Under the pieces are notes generated by a model. It did no database searches. It worked only from the letters and a program-made list of their open reading frames with translations, and was not told where the DNA came from. Shown here one piece after another: positions 1 through 13,392 of a DNA stretch of 64,000 nt. How positions within the stretch are numbered: the first letter of the stretch is position 1; each line of letters opens with the position of its first letter. The position numbers and the translations under genes were made by a program. This stretch comes from Octopus vulgaris (lineage: Eukaryota), in the NCBI GenBank assembly GCA_951406725.2, contig OX597829.1:40796001-40860000 (forward strand), written 5' to 3'.

Positions 1-81
1 CATATGCAGTGCATTTTTATGCACACACCATGAATTACAATACATGCACATGCATATATATTGGACACAACAAACACATAC

Positions 82-590
82 TCTTGCTGTCACCTGCGTA
101 TTGGCATCCACAATTCCACACCTGGAGGAATCTATCTATTCACGGAAGGATTACATGTTATATTAGAAATTTTACCAATTTTACACATTGATACAAATGG
201 AAGAAAGAATGGCGGGGAAATGGGACAAATTTTGGTCTCCTGTGTTTTTTTTTTCTGTTTGTTTTTTCTCCTGTTTGGGTGGGTGGAGAAGGAGAAACAC
301 CTTCATCTTTCTCAAATTACTTTTCTGGTTCACTCCTAAAGAATTTGCATAAACTGGCAGTTTCAAAAGAGTGGAATGGAGACTGATTTTCATCTACTTG
401 CAGAATGCTTTTATTATTATTATTATTTTTATTATTATTATTATTATTATCATCATTATTATCGTCGTCGTCATCATCATCATTGTCATCATCAGTGAGG
501 TTGATCTGTTGGTTCAACAGTAATTTTCCAGCAGAAATGACATCCACAACAAACCTGGCTTCAATTTTTTCTTTGTCTCTTAAGGGAAAC
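82..590 (-). other. Candidate exon of a minus-strand transcript (5'UTR or low-complexity coding)
   Basis: Minus strand: pyrimidine tract TTTCCCTTTTTTTCTCCTTTC then CAG acceptor (591-593); GTATGT donor at 81-76. Frame FPLRDKEKIEARFVVDVISAG...SEPEK stops at 317-319. No recognisable domain. Confidence 0.3.
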
Positions 591-710
591 CTGTCTTGAG
601 GCACAGGTAGAAAGGAGAAAAAAAGGGAAATCTCGAATATCTCAACATCACATTATTCTTTCTCCCTAATATTCCAGCTATAATAGTATCAGTTATAATT
701 ATTGTTATTT

Positions 711-1650
711 CCGCTAGGTCAACTTTACTTTTCCTCCTTTCGGGGGTCAATAAATTAAGTACTAGCTGAGTAGTAGAATCGATGTAATCAACTAGTCCCC
801 TTCCCCCGAAATTTCAGGCCTTGTGCCTATAGTAGAAAGGATTATTATTATTATTTCCACCAGGGTCAACTTTTAGCAGGACGGGACTAATTGATTGCAT
901 TGACCCCTTAGTAGAAACGATTGTTAATATTTCCGCCAGAGTCGATAAAATAAGTCCCAGTCGAACACTGGGGTCAATGTAATCGACTAGTCCCTACCCC
1001 AAAATTCCAGGCTTTGTTCCTATAGTAGGAAAGATAATTATTATTATTATTAAGGCAGTGAGTTGGCAGTATCGTTAGTGTGTTGGACAAAATACTCAGT
1101 AGCATTTCTTTGGTTTTGTCTTTACTTTTCATCCTTTAGGAGTTGATAAAATAAAGTACCAGTGAAATACTGGGGTCAATGTAATCAACTTAAAGTTGCT
1201 GGCCTTGTGCTAAAATCTGAAATCATTATCATTGTAAGGCAGCAAGCTGGCAGAACCGTTAGGATGCTGGACAGAATGCTTGTTGGCATTTCGTCTGTTT
1301 TTTACATCCAGAGTTCAAATTCCACCAAAGTCGACTTTGCCTTTCATCTTTTTGGGACGATGAAATGGATACCAGTTGACCACTGGGGGTCAATGCAATC
1401 AACTAGCCCCATCCTGCCAAAATTTCAGGCCTTGTGTCTATAGTAGAAAGAACTATTATTATTGTTACTATTCCAAGTTCAAATACCACTGAGGTCAGCT
1501 TTGCCTTTCAATCTTTTCAAGGTCGATAAAATAAGTACCAGTTGTGTACAGGGGATCAATCTAATCGACTTAGCCCCCTCCTCCCAAATTTCAGGCCTTG
1601 TGCCTATAGTAGAAAGAATTATTGTTTTTATTATTATTATTATTATTATT
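711..1650 (+). mobile_element. Cluster of about 6 partial SINE A-type copies with the alternative GGCCTTGTGCCTATAGTAGAAAG-(ATT)n tail
   Basis: Repeated variants of the core GTCGACTTTGCCTTTCATCC..GGTCGATAAAATAAGTACCAG..GGGGTCAATGTAATCGACT; tRNA-like heads at about 1052 and 1236. Confidence 0.8.
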
Positions 1651-1765
1651 AACATTGTTGTTGTGACTGTTGTTATTGACAGCAAAAGAGCAATAAATGC
1701 TCATGTTCCCACTTGGAAGAATATGTGAATGCAAAAGGTTTTTCCCCATTTATTTCCCAAGCTTC

Positions 1766-1805
<40 letters not shown>

Positions 1806-1808
<3 letters not shown>

Positions 1809-1907
1809 TGATTCTAACCCAAAGGCTTCATGCCTATTTAAGAAATCGTCATCTTCATCTTCACTGTCATCATCACCACCATCATTATTACTATTGAGGA
1901 AATTATA

Positions 1908-1942
<35 letters not shown>

Positions 1943-2001
1943 TGTTGTTGTTTCTTTTTCTAAGAATATGGCTGCCACTGCCCTTGCCATTATTATTATT
2001 A

Positions 2002-2050
<49 letters not shown>

Positions 2051-2335
2051 CAGTGTTCCTTGTCTGCTCCACACTACATTGTTTCATTATGCCGTTTTGT
2101 ATATTTTTGTCTCAAGTCTCCAAAAAAAAAAGCAAAAAAAAACAGCAGAAAAAGAAACAAAGAAAGAATTTTTATTACTATGATTACTATGGTACTGTCT
2201 TGCCTCATATAATATGGTTTCAATAATAATTTTTATTGAATATCTTTTTTTTTTATTTTTTAAATATTTTTTTTAAGAATGGTCGGGATGGGTTTTGAAT
2301 CTTCTGTTAAATTATTATCCTTATTATAATTATTA

Positions 2336-2381
<46 letters not shown>

Positions 2382-2542
2382 CATCATTACTATTATTATT
2401 ATTGTTGTTGTTGATGTATGACTCCAGGAAGTTGATATATTGAGGAGGTGGCGGGGTGGGGAGGAGCAAAGAAGAGCGACAACTAACTTAGAGAGAGACA
2501 GAGAGATAGATAGATAGATAGAGTGAGAGAGTGCAATGTGAT
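1806..2542 (-). other. Candidate first exon / 5' leader rich in (AAT)n and (GAT)n
   Basis: Unique sequence interleaved with triplet repeats downstream of a TATA/Inr-like pair; ends at a (GT)n tract that offers weak donors. Confidence 0.25.
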
Positions 2543-2572
2543 ACAGCTTGCTCTGCTGAACACTTCCTTATA
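2534..2572 (-). promoter_or_regulatory. TATA-like box with Inr-like site
   Basis: Minus strand TATAAGG (2572-2566), overlapping an ETS-like GGAAGT, about 30 nt upstream of TATCACATT. Confidence 0.25.
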
Positions 2573-2951
2573 CCAACCAACTGCTTCTTATATATATATA
2601 TATATATATATAATATTTTTTTGTTTCTCGGTTTATTATTATTATTATTATTATTATCATCATTATTATTATTTTTGTTGTTGTTGTTGCTTAGATAATA
2701 ACATCACTGGTTTGCCACAACTTTACACATTTTGCATTAACACAAATTTTGCATTAACGAGTCAGAGTTGTGTACACATGTATGTTTTAGCTTGCATTGC
2801 TACCATTCACTTTGAGCAATGTTAACTCTCAACCCATCTCTATTGGACATGCATACATATATGTATAGACACACTAATACATGCTTCTGTATATGCATAT
2901 ATCTATTTGTACATGTTATATGGCCATGTTCATGTATGTATATATATATAT

Positions 2952-3190
2952 ATATACTTTATTTAAAGCAGCAGAAAATTCAACAAAACCTGTTACTCTG
3001 AGTTTCCCGTTGCCGTTCGTCGGACAGTTTTTGCTCGAGCAAAAACTGTCCGACAAACGGCAACGGGAAACTCAGAGTAACAGGTTTTGTTGAATTTTCT
3101 GCTGCTTTAAATAAAGCATATTACTCTACCACTGGTATTTGAGTACTCTTTTTTCCACCTTGTTTCACATTTATGTGTTTACTCTGGTAT
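2952..3190. repeat. Loop-less palindrome made from a hammerhead-like short repeat (Penelope pLTR-like)
   Basis: 2957-3036 is the reverse complement of 3037-3116 with 1 mismatch; centre GCTC|GAGC; a single inverted copy of the family lies at about 56320-56460. Confidence 0.9.
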
Positions 3191-3517
3191 ATATATATAT
3201 ATGTATGTATGTATGTGTGTGTGTGTATATAACTGCAATGATGAAATGTATGTAGGAACACAATACTTATATTGGTATTTATCTTAATTTTTCACTATGG
3301 ATATACATGTGTATATGCACTTATAAATATATACATTACATGTATACACACACACACACAAACAGAAGCACTCATAGAAATATACAATAAACATATGTAT
3401 AAAATGTGTGTGAGTATGTATATATATGTGTGTATGGTAGTTGTCTGAGAAGTCATGGACAGAAAGTCAGAAATGCTGTTGACAACAAAGGCGGACAAGG
3501 AGACAGCAATCACGGCA

Positions 3518-4112
<595 letters not shown>

Positions 4113-4275
4113 AAAATTGACACCAAAAGGACACACACAAGAAATGTATTAGCTTGATGCTCAGTGAAAAGAGAGAGTTTGATGTTTCGAGCATAGCTCT
4201 GCATCGGAGAAGAGAAAGGGAAAAGTCCAAAGAAGGAAAAGAAATACCGACAACACATCTATAGTTACATTGCTA
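4113..4275 (-). mobile_element. pLTR-like short repeat with degenerate hammerhead motif
   Basis: Minus 4207-4184: CCGATGC A GAGC TAT GCTC GAAAC; abuts (TA)n. Confidence 0.5.
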
Positions 4276-4284
4276 TATATTCTT

Positions 4285-4426
4285 TTTCTCTTCTGCTTCT
4301 TTCAATCACTAGGCCATGGCCATCAGTTATTTCTGCCAAACTGCTATTCTGCAGGGATGTAAACGTACCAACACTGGTTTATCACGTGGTGGTGGGAGAC
4401 AAACAGACACAAAGTCACACATACAG

Positions 4427-4459
<33 letters not shown>

Positions 4460-4620
4460 ACAGGTTTTTTTTTTTACAATTTCTGACTACCAGATCCACT
4501 CTGGTTTTGGTCAGCCCAAGAATATAGAAGAAGACACTTGCCCAAGGCGCCATGCGATGGGACTGAACCCAGAAATCATGTACTTGGGAAGAAAACTTCT
4601 TACGGCACAGCCATGTATTA
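4285..4620 (-). mobile_element. SINE B, degenerate
   Basis: GAAGACACTTGCCCAAGG..GGGACTGAACCC..CACAGCC on plus. Confidence 0.8.
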
Positions 4621-5673
4621 TATACACCCACATGCTGACTGCCAATAAGGAATTTTTGTGCAGATTCCTCTCTCATTATTTTCATCTTTGTAACAATAAT
4701 AATAATAATGATGATAATTTCCTTCCTTTTTTTTTTTTAATTTTTTTCTGTGTATACATTCATCCACCACTATATTTGGCCTATTTTCAAGTTCTTGTTT
4801 GAGTGATTATTTTATTTTCTTCACTCTTCTGTGTGTGTGTGTCTGTGTATTCATACATTTATACTTCTATATGTAGACGCATACTCACACACACACATAG
4901 ACACACACACACACTCACACGTAGTAGGGTTTAGAATGCTCTGTGTGTGTATGTCCAAGTGTGTGCATGTGTTTGAGTAATATATATATATATATACATA
5001 CAAACATACACACAGATAGATATTCTTTCTGTCAATGTATATATATGTATATATATATATGTGTGTGTGTGTGTAAATATGTGTGGGTGTGCACTGCTTA
5101 TGAAGAATTACGCAAATTTTTCTACTTGTTTTTAACTAAAATAAACTAAGTCAAATTTGTGTTCTTCTAAATTCTGTTGCTTTACATTTCGGAGTCTGTA
5201 TGTTGATAAATACATATATAAGTGTGTGTGTGTGTCTACACATCTCCACATACATACGTGCTCATATTCATAAACATGTGTGTACTTATCCACATTTACA
5301 CTGAGAGGAATATGCAGTTTTATACACAGTGAATAAATATGCTTGTATATATATATATATATATTATAAGTGTGTGTGTTTTTATGTATGTATATAAATA
5401 TATACACACAGACACACATCTACACACACACACACACACGCTGCTCACTCACTCCATGTTCATGTTTTTGTGTGTATACACACTCAAAATTATTTTTAAA
5501 TCTAACAAATGTTGACAATCATTGCAATCCTAATTCAGCAGTTGGAATGCTTTTTTGGGGGGGATTTTTTTTTTTTTTGTAGCATTATTATTGTATGGCA
5601 GTGTAGATGTCTCTTTGATCTCTGTTGTCGTTGGTTACCAGATGGGAAAAACAAGGTATGCAGTGTATGCCTA

Positions 5674-5686
5674 TGACCCTTGACCC
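5674..5686. promoter_or_regulatory. DR1-type nuclear receptor motif
   Basis: TGACCC-T-TGACCC (GGGTCA n GGGTCA) in a non-repetitive island. Confidence 0.25.
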
Positions 5687-6098
5687 TTTCAGTTAATTCC
5701 GGGGGGATGTTCGGGGAGTAGGAGAAAAAAATAACGACATTTGACTCTTCTGCAGAAGTATGAATAAACATTGGTTTTTTTTTATTTGTTCCCTGATAAA
5801 CATATACGTACAAAATTCGTATGTTTGTGTGGATGTGGGTGTGGGTGTGTGCACATAGTTATGTCGTACGCATGCACAAATGTCTGCATGCATGTATACG
5901 TGTGCATGTGAATTTTTACAATTTCTGAAAAAATTAATTTTAAAAGAAAGAAGAAAAAATTGATTTTAAAAAATGCCGGTCAAGAATGATTTTTTTATGT
6001 GCCTTCATGTATATACATATATACATACTATTTTTTAATAGTACTATTTCTACTACTATTGCTATTATTATTATTATCATTATTATTATTATTATTAC

Positions 6099-6135
<37 letters not shown>

Positions 6136-7063
6136 TATTAATTAATATTTGTAAACTGACAATAAAAATATTCAACTAAAAATTTTTTGCTTGAATGCTG
6201 TATAGACACACACAGGCACACATGTACTATTTATATATTTTGTATACTATGGCTGTTTTATGCACATATACATACATATATATGTTTATTCATGTGTATG
6301 TGTACATGTATGTATATATGTGTATGTGTGTGTATGTATACACATAATGTCATAAACTGAAGCATCGTGAGATACATACAGGAGTACGTGTACGTGTTGA
6401 TTAAAAGCCTGAAATTTAATTAGAATATTTAGTCAGAATTACTATGATATAAACACTAACTAATGCATCTTGCTTTACTATGCTTTGTCTTCCTGCACAA
6501 TCTGTTGTTTGGAGCCACCGTTTCCTGTCACTCCTTTTGTTTGCTTTAAATTAACTGCAAGTCTTATTCTCTTGGGAGACAACAAAGTACAGCCATCCAA
6601 AGCGTGTGTATGTTTGAAAGTGTTGCGTGTGTGGGACAACGTCACAATAACTGTGATTATCTCTCCCTCTGAAACCTCGCTCATATATCCGAATGGAACG
6701 GTCAAAAAGATAGAAATAACGGCCAATTTCATTTATGGAAGCCAGAAAGAGAATGATGTCTTTCAAACATAGAATTTGTCTACATAATCCCGTGAAAAAA
6801 ATATAAACGGGTAAATTGTTTCTCCTCCAAAGTTAAGCTTAAAAATTATGTGATTTTTTTTTTTTTTGTGTATGTATGTATATATATATATGTTTATATA
6901 TATATATATAAACAAACAAACAGGTATAATATGCTTAATTTTTGAAGTTTCTCAGATGTGGATTTCCCCCCCTCTTTTTTTTATTAAATCAATCAATTTG
7001 TAAATTGAAATGTGTGAGGATCTGGAACAAGTGGTAATTTTTTTTAAAATCCACATTGACATA

Positions 7064-7133
7064 ATGTGTGTATATAAGTGTGTGTGTGTATGTATGTACA
7101 TATATATATATATACATATATATTATATGTATG

Positions 7134-7167
<34 letters not shown>

Positions 7168-7365
7168 TATGTATGTATATATGTATATATATATGTATGT
7201 ATATATGTATATATATATATGTGTGTATGTATGTATATATATATATGTATATATATGTGTGTATATATATATATGTATATATATATATGTGTGTATATAT
7301 ATATATGTATATATATATGTATGTGTGTATATATATATATGTATGTGTGTATATATATATATGTA

Positions 7366-7410
<45 letters not shown>
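7064..7410. repeat. (TA)n/(TG)n compound microsatellite
   Basis: Direct inspection. Confidence 0.95.
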
Positions 7411-7412
<2 letters not shown>

Positions 7413-7487
7413 TTGACAAGCATGAGTGGACATGAAGCAAAGGAGCTTGATTGTATTTGTGAGTGTATATATATATATATATATATA

Positions 7488-8415
7488 TCGTTTCTCTGTT
7501 TTTTTTCCGTTGTTCAAAAAAAGTTTGTTTTCTATGTTTCTGTTTTTCATGTTCTCATTTCTCATTCTGTCCATGTTTTTTGACGTCCTGTACTCATATA
7601 TGCATGTATATATATATATATACATATATATGTAGTTATGTATATATATGCATATATTTATATATTATTTATATCATTATATGATCGAACGCCACGCATC
7701 CTTTTCCAAGTAAGTTTTATCTTAATAATTACGATGCGCACTCTTCTTCTTTACTATCTCTTCTCTGTCTATCTAGCTCCATCTCTTGTTCTTATTTCTT
7801 GTTCTGTTTTTCTCTACCACCCTTTCCCTATTCTTCTCCTCTCCCCTTTACCGTTCTCTCTCTCTCTCTCTTCCTCCTTGACTCTCTCGTTGCTCACACG
7901 TGACCAACGGCCATTCTTTCTTCCACTTCCTTCCTAAAGACCAGATGTGCTTTTACCTGTCTCTTCTCAAAGCTCGTTTTTCCAGCGTTCACCACTTCAC
8001 ATCGTCTTGACTCAACAGCCCTCACTGTTTGTTTTTACTGTTTTGTTCTCACTGTCCTGTTTTTGTTACCACTTTCACCCTCCACAAAAAGTCCCAAATT
8101 TTATTTAATTTGCTTTGCGGGAAGGACTGTTTTAACGAAGTCGTGTCTTGTCCCTACCTTCAAAACGCGGAGTAGATAAAACAGGGAACAACTGATGAAG
8201 GGATTGTTCTTTATGTTGCCTGTCTCATTTCTGTGTGTCTGCTTTTTTGTTGTTAAAAAAAAAGCTTGTTTTCTGTTTTTGTTTTTTATGTTCTCATTTC
8301 TCATTTTGTCTACGTTTTTTTTCATTTCCTGTACCCATATATGCATGTATATATACATATATATGTCAGTACGTACATATATGTATGTATACATGCATAT
8401 ATTTATATATTATTT
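7488..8415 (+). mobile_element. Non-coding element bounded by diverged direct repeats of about 180 bp
   Basis: 7488-7670 resembles 8230-8415 (shared ATGTTCTCATTTCTCATT..CCTGTAC.CATATATGCATG); pyrimidine-rich interior; CTGATGA at about 8192. Confidence 0.55.
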
Positions 8416-8887
8416 AGATATATATATATATATATATGCAGTAGGAGCATTGATATTCCTGTTTGTAAACTATGTAACCAGGATACTATATGTTGATATG
8501 TATATATGCATGGCAGGTGTGGATATTTTATGTATATAAAGGACAAATTCCTCCCATCTCCATGGAAACAAAAATAAAATATATAAATGAAAAATGAAAA
8601 GAAAAATTAAATGAAATCTTTATCTTTGCCCAATATTTGCCAAAATCTCTCTATTTTATTTTTCTTTTTCCAATACCCGAACCTCTCCACCAACCACCTT
8701 CATCTGAAGATATTTTCAATGATAAATCCTCCTTGCCCCAACCTACATTCATCTCATTCTTCTCTACTTTTTCTTTCTCTTTAAGCTTCAATCACAAAAG
8801 CTATCAGAGAAACTTATTATTTAACTGTATTTTAATTTTTTTTTTTTTTGATGATATTTCATTTTGAATTAACTTCCTGCTCATCAC

Positions 8888-8925
<38 letters not shown>

Positions 8926-9043
8926 CATCATCGCACCCTCACAGAATTCTCCCGAAATTCAGATGATTGTAGAGTTGATATATATACACTCATTGTCTGG
9001 TATTCAGAGGAAAACACAAGAAAGAAGAAAAATATTCCTTATG

Positions 9044-9096
<53 letters not shown>

Positions 9097-10053
9097 TGAT
9101 TGAATAAATGTATAATATATGTATATATATGTGTATTGTCTGTCTATCGAAAAGAAAGATAAAGACAAATAATGATTCAGAAGAAACAAAGAATCAAAGA
9201 AAAGAAAGAAAACAATAGAAAAAGTTCAGAAGAAAAATATATTTGGGGAAAAATAGTAAAGGAACTTCCTATTTTCAGAAAAGCTATCATGAATATTTAC
9301 ATTTGGCTATATTTTGGCGCTTTAAACACAATAATCAAATATTAGCCAGTCAAAAGAACTTTGATTTAAAATTGGGTTTTTCTTCTTTCTTTTTTTTTCT
9401 TAAATAAAAAAAAAAGTCTTTTTTTTTAAAAAAAATCTTTTTATCACAAGTTATGGTTAGTTTCATAATTAATAATTAACATTTGATGACACTACTGGAA
9501 TTTAATGAAGAAGTGTTAATATTCCAGTATTCCAGAAGCTGGTCCCTGTGTTTAAGAGCAGATGCTAGATGCAGTTGTTAAAATGCATAGGATACCACTT
9601 TTATATATGTATATATATGAATATATATATATATATTCATATGTGTGTTCATTTGTTTTGTTTTTTTTTTATTCGTTTTTGTTTGTTCTTCATGTTTGAA
9701 TTATTTTATGAAAGTACTTATATTAAATAATGCTTCTTTAAGTTACTTCTCTATTTTCTCCACCAAAATAATGGAATTAATCAACTTTCTAACTCACACA
9801 CACACACACCTATACACTTATAGTCCATTTGGGATAATACATCAAGACGTCAAGTATAAGCAATCATCAGGCAAGACTCAACCAGTTACTAAAATATCCG
9901 TGTCTTATATATGTTGTGAGTATGTGGAACTTCATGTATTGTTGCATCTTGAGTTGAAAAGAAAAGGTTGTAAGGGGCATAAAACATTACATGTTAATAC
10001 TGTATGGGAGTTATTTCCTTTGGTTGGTTAAGAATATAGTTGAAAGTCTTTAA

Positions 10054-10274
10054 CCCTTTTGTTACCAACCCAGCCAAAACTGGCTCTGGCTCTGTAGTAT
10101 AAATGTCTTGTTTTCATAAGTTTTTCATTAAAATATACCACCAAACCTTAGTCGCAATTTATATTCCTAACACTATCTTAATGATAACTAAGTTATTTTA
10201 CTAAATTCTTTGTTATATTTAAGATAATTGAAAGAAACACAGAGCATCTCAAAATAAATACAGTAACGAAAGGG
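10054..10274. mobile_element. piggyBac-type MITE
   Basis: TTAA on both sides; TIRs CCCTTTTGTTAC / GTAACGAAAGGG. Confidence 0.88.
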
Positions 10275-10305
10275 TTAAAATATATAATAGAGAAACAATT
10301 CTTAA

Positions 10306-10520
10306 TCCTTTTGATACTAACCTGGCTGAAACTGGCTCTGAGTACAAATGTCTTGTTTTCATAAGTTTTGAATTAAAATCTTCCACTAAACCTTAGTCGC
10401 AATTTATATTCCTAACACTATCTTAATGATAACTAAGTTATTTTACTAAGTTCTTTGTTATATTTAAAAGTAATTGAAAGAAACACAGAGCATCTCAAAA
10501 TAAATACAGTAACAAAAGGG
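10306..10520. mobile_element. piggyBac-type MITE, second tandem copy
   Basis: TTAA flanks; same internal sequence as 10054-10274. Confidence 0.88.
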
Positions 10521-10715
10521 TTAAGAATATAGACAAGATAAAGAACAAAAAAGATACATAAAGTATAAGTGGAACTAATTGGGATCTAACCGTATGAAAT
10601 AAAATATGGGAAGTAACATTTCTAACTTTTTAACTTTGTATATTTATTCCATACCATCTTATTTCTCCATCCTACATTCATATTTTATATACATGTTATC
10701 TTTCTTTTTTTTTTT

Positions 10716-10968
10716 TTACTTGTTTTTGTCATTGGGCTGTGGCCATACTGGAGCATCACCTTGAATTTTAGTTAAGCAAATCACCCCCCAGTAATTATGA
10801 TTGTTTTCTAAGCCTGGTACTTATTGTAGCAGTCATTTTTGGTGAACTGCTCAGTTGCAGAAACATAAACGCACCAGCGCTGGTTATCAAGAATTGGTGG
10901 GACACAAACACACACACACTTGATAGGCTTCTTTCAGTTTCCGCTTACCAAATCTGCTCACAAAGTTT
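10716..10968 (-). mobile_element. SINE B, partial and degenerate
   Basis: GGCCATACTGGAGCA and GGCTTCTTTCAGTTTCC segments. Confidence 0.7.
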
Positions 10969-11186
10969 TAGTTTTGCAATAGGTTATGCCCTAGAAACTT
11001 TCTTAACTTAAGACACCAGATACCAGAAACTCTCACACTGACAATATACTTGCATATGTATGTATGTATGTGTATGTATGTATATGTATATATAGATAGA
11101 TACTGGTTGAGTTCTGTCACTTGGTATTTTATCTACCATGAAACTTGAAGTCACAAAGCATTATCACTAATGAACTCTATTAATTA

Positions 11187-11228
<42 letters not shown>

Positions 11229-12450
11229 TTTACTATTTTATTGAATGCTCTTTTTTTTGTTTCTGTACACACCTCTTATTTTAATGTATATGTGTATGTG
11301 TGTGTGTGTATATATATATACACACACACGCACACACACACGCATACACACATATATACATATACACAAAACCATCCTTGACAATCTTTGAACTCCTCTA
11401 GTTAATGAAAACAAAAAAAATTAAAATTAAAGAAAAAAAAACAATATGAAACAAAATAATATTTTTGGATATTTGACATCTAAAACTGTATTATTCCTGT
11501 TTTAAGGATCAGTTCTGAACAAAAACAATGGAAGAAAAAAAAAAACTACCGTAACAGTGTGCTATTGGCACTCTTCTACCAAAATCCATATTAGTTAATT
11601 TTTTTATATATTCTCCCATTCCTTTCTTTGTCTAAAAAGTAATATTTTATTTCAGTTTAATAGTTCCATATGTATTGGAACTCTTAACTTCATTTCCAGT
11701 GGAAAAGGTTATCATTATTATTTTTTTTTTTGTTATTGTTTTTACTTTTTGTTATTGTTTTTTTTCTCTCTCTCTCTCTTCTTGAAATAATAAAAAAAAA
11801 ATGAAGAGCATAAATAAATTTCTATGTTTCTCATTTTTGTAAGAATGAAACTGTACTGAAGGAAGCTTTTTGAAGCACTCTTAGTAAATATCTTTATCAC
11901 GAAAACTTGAAATAATTTGCCAAAGCTTATAAGGAACATGTTATAGTAAAAAGAAAAAGAAAAAAAAACAAACAAAAAAAAAACATTATTCTTCTTTATT
12001 ATTATTTTGTTTAAAACAAATATTTTCAATTTCAAACATGCTATCTTGTTGAGAAAGATAAATCTATAAAATGCGATGCGACCTCATCAGGAAACTGTTC
12101 TTTGTTGGTTATCAGTTAATTAATTTATACTATTTTTAACCTTAACACCTTGTTTCAGCTAAATTCTCATTTTTAAAGCAAAGGAAAAGAAAGCATCCTC
12201 ACTAATTACTTAATAACTGAGCATTCCTTGTGTGTGTGTGTGTGTGTGTGTGTTTCAATATATATTTGCATGCACATGCACACTGAAAAAGAAGAGTGTT
12301 GGTGACAAACACCCCTAGGGTACACCTGAGATGATACTGTTAGTTGCAGATACCAAGTTTGGTGCATGATACAGAGGATCAGAGAAACAAGATCCATGAA
12401 GCTGAAAGATTGAGTAATTTGCTAGGGGTTTTCTCATTCTATATATATTT

Positions 12451-12858
12451 AGGCATACGAATGGCTGTGTGGTAAGTAGCTTGCTTACGAACCACATGGT
12501 TCTGGGTTCAGTCCTACTGCGTGGCACGTTGGGCAAGTGTCTTCTACTATAGCCTCGGGCCGACCAAAGCCTTGTGAGTGGATTTGGTAGACGGAAACTG
12601 AAAGAAGCCCGTCATATATATATATATATATGTATGTGTGTGTATATGTTTGTGTGTCTGTGTTTGTCACCCCAACATCGCTTGACAACCGATGCTGGTG
12701 TGTTTACATCCCCATAACTTAGCGGTTCAGCAAAAGAGACTGATAGAATAAGTACTAGGCATCCAAAGAATAAGTCCTGGGGTTGATCTGCTCGACTAAA
12801 GGTGGTGCTCCAGCATGGCCACAGTCAAATAACTGAAACAAAAAAAGAGTAAAGAGAG
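12451..12858 (+). mobile_element. SINE B, full length (tRNA-like head, CORE-like TTGGGCAAGT motif, internal microsatellite)
   Basis: A-box TGGCTGTGTGGT, B-box GGTTCAGTCC, tail GGTGCTCCAGCATGGCC..CTGAAAC..AAAGAG. Confidence 0.9.
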
Positions 12859-13009
12859 TATATATATATATAGAGAGAGAGAGAGAGCGAGCAACATAAA
12901 TGTCAAATGACAAGAGTGAGTGCTCAACACTGCATTGGTGGATAAAATTTCTTTATTTGTGTATAATAAGGCTACCATTGGTCTTATGTTAAGAAGGAGG
13001 AATGGCATT

Positions 13010-13389
13010 TTTCACTTATTGGATTATGACCATGTTGGGGTACTAACTTGAAAGGTTTTAATTGATCAAATTGACCCTAGAACTTAAGTCTGGTACTTAT
13101 TCTGTTGATCTCGTTTGCTGAATAGCTAAGTTATGGGGATTTAAAGAAACGGACATCACTTGTTAAGCAGTAATGAGGAGGACAAGATAAAACTCACCCA
13201 ACACACACACATATATATATATTCAAGGGATTTCCTCACAGTTTCTATCTACCGAATTCACCAAACAGGGCTTGGTGAGTCTGTGGCTATAGATGAAGAC
13301 GCTTGCCCGTGGTGCCATGCCATGAGACTGAACCCAACACTTCATGGTTGCAAAGAGACCATCTTAAGCACATAACCATGCCTGCGCCT
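13010..13389 (-). mobile_element. SINE B, old diverged copy
   Basis: Colinear weak match to 12451-12858. Confidence 0.65.
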
Positions 13390-13392
13390 ACA

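Noticed and set aside
93-107. Minus-strand ATG giving MPIRR, reminiscent of KCNH channel N-termini
   Set aside because: Only five residues followed by TGA; no further support in the window
6470-6772. Overlapping ORFs in a unique-sequence island
   Set aside because: No recognisable domain or convincing splice sites; may be regulatory but cannot be supported
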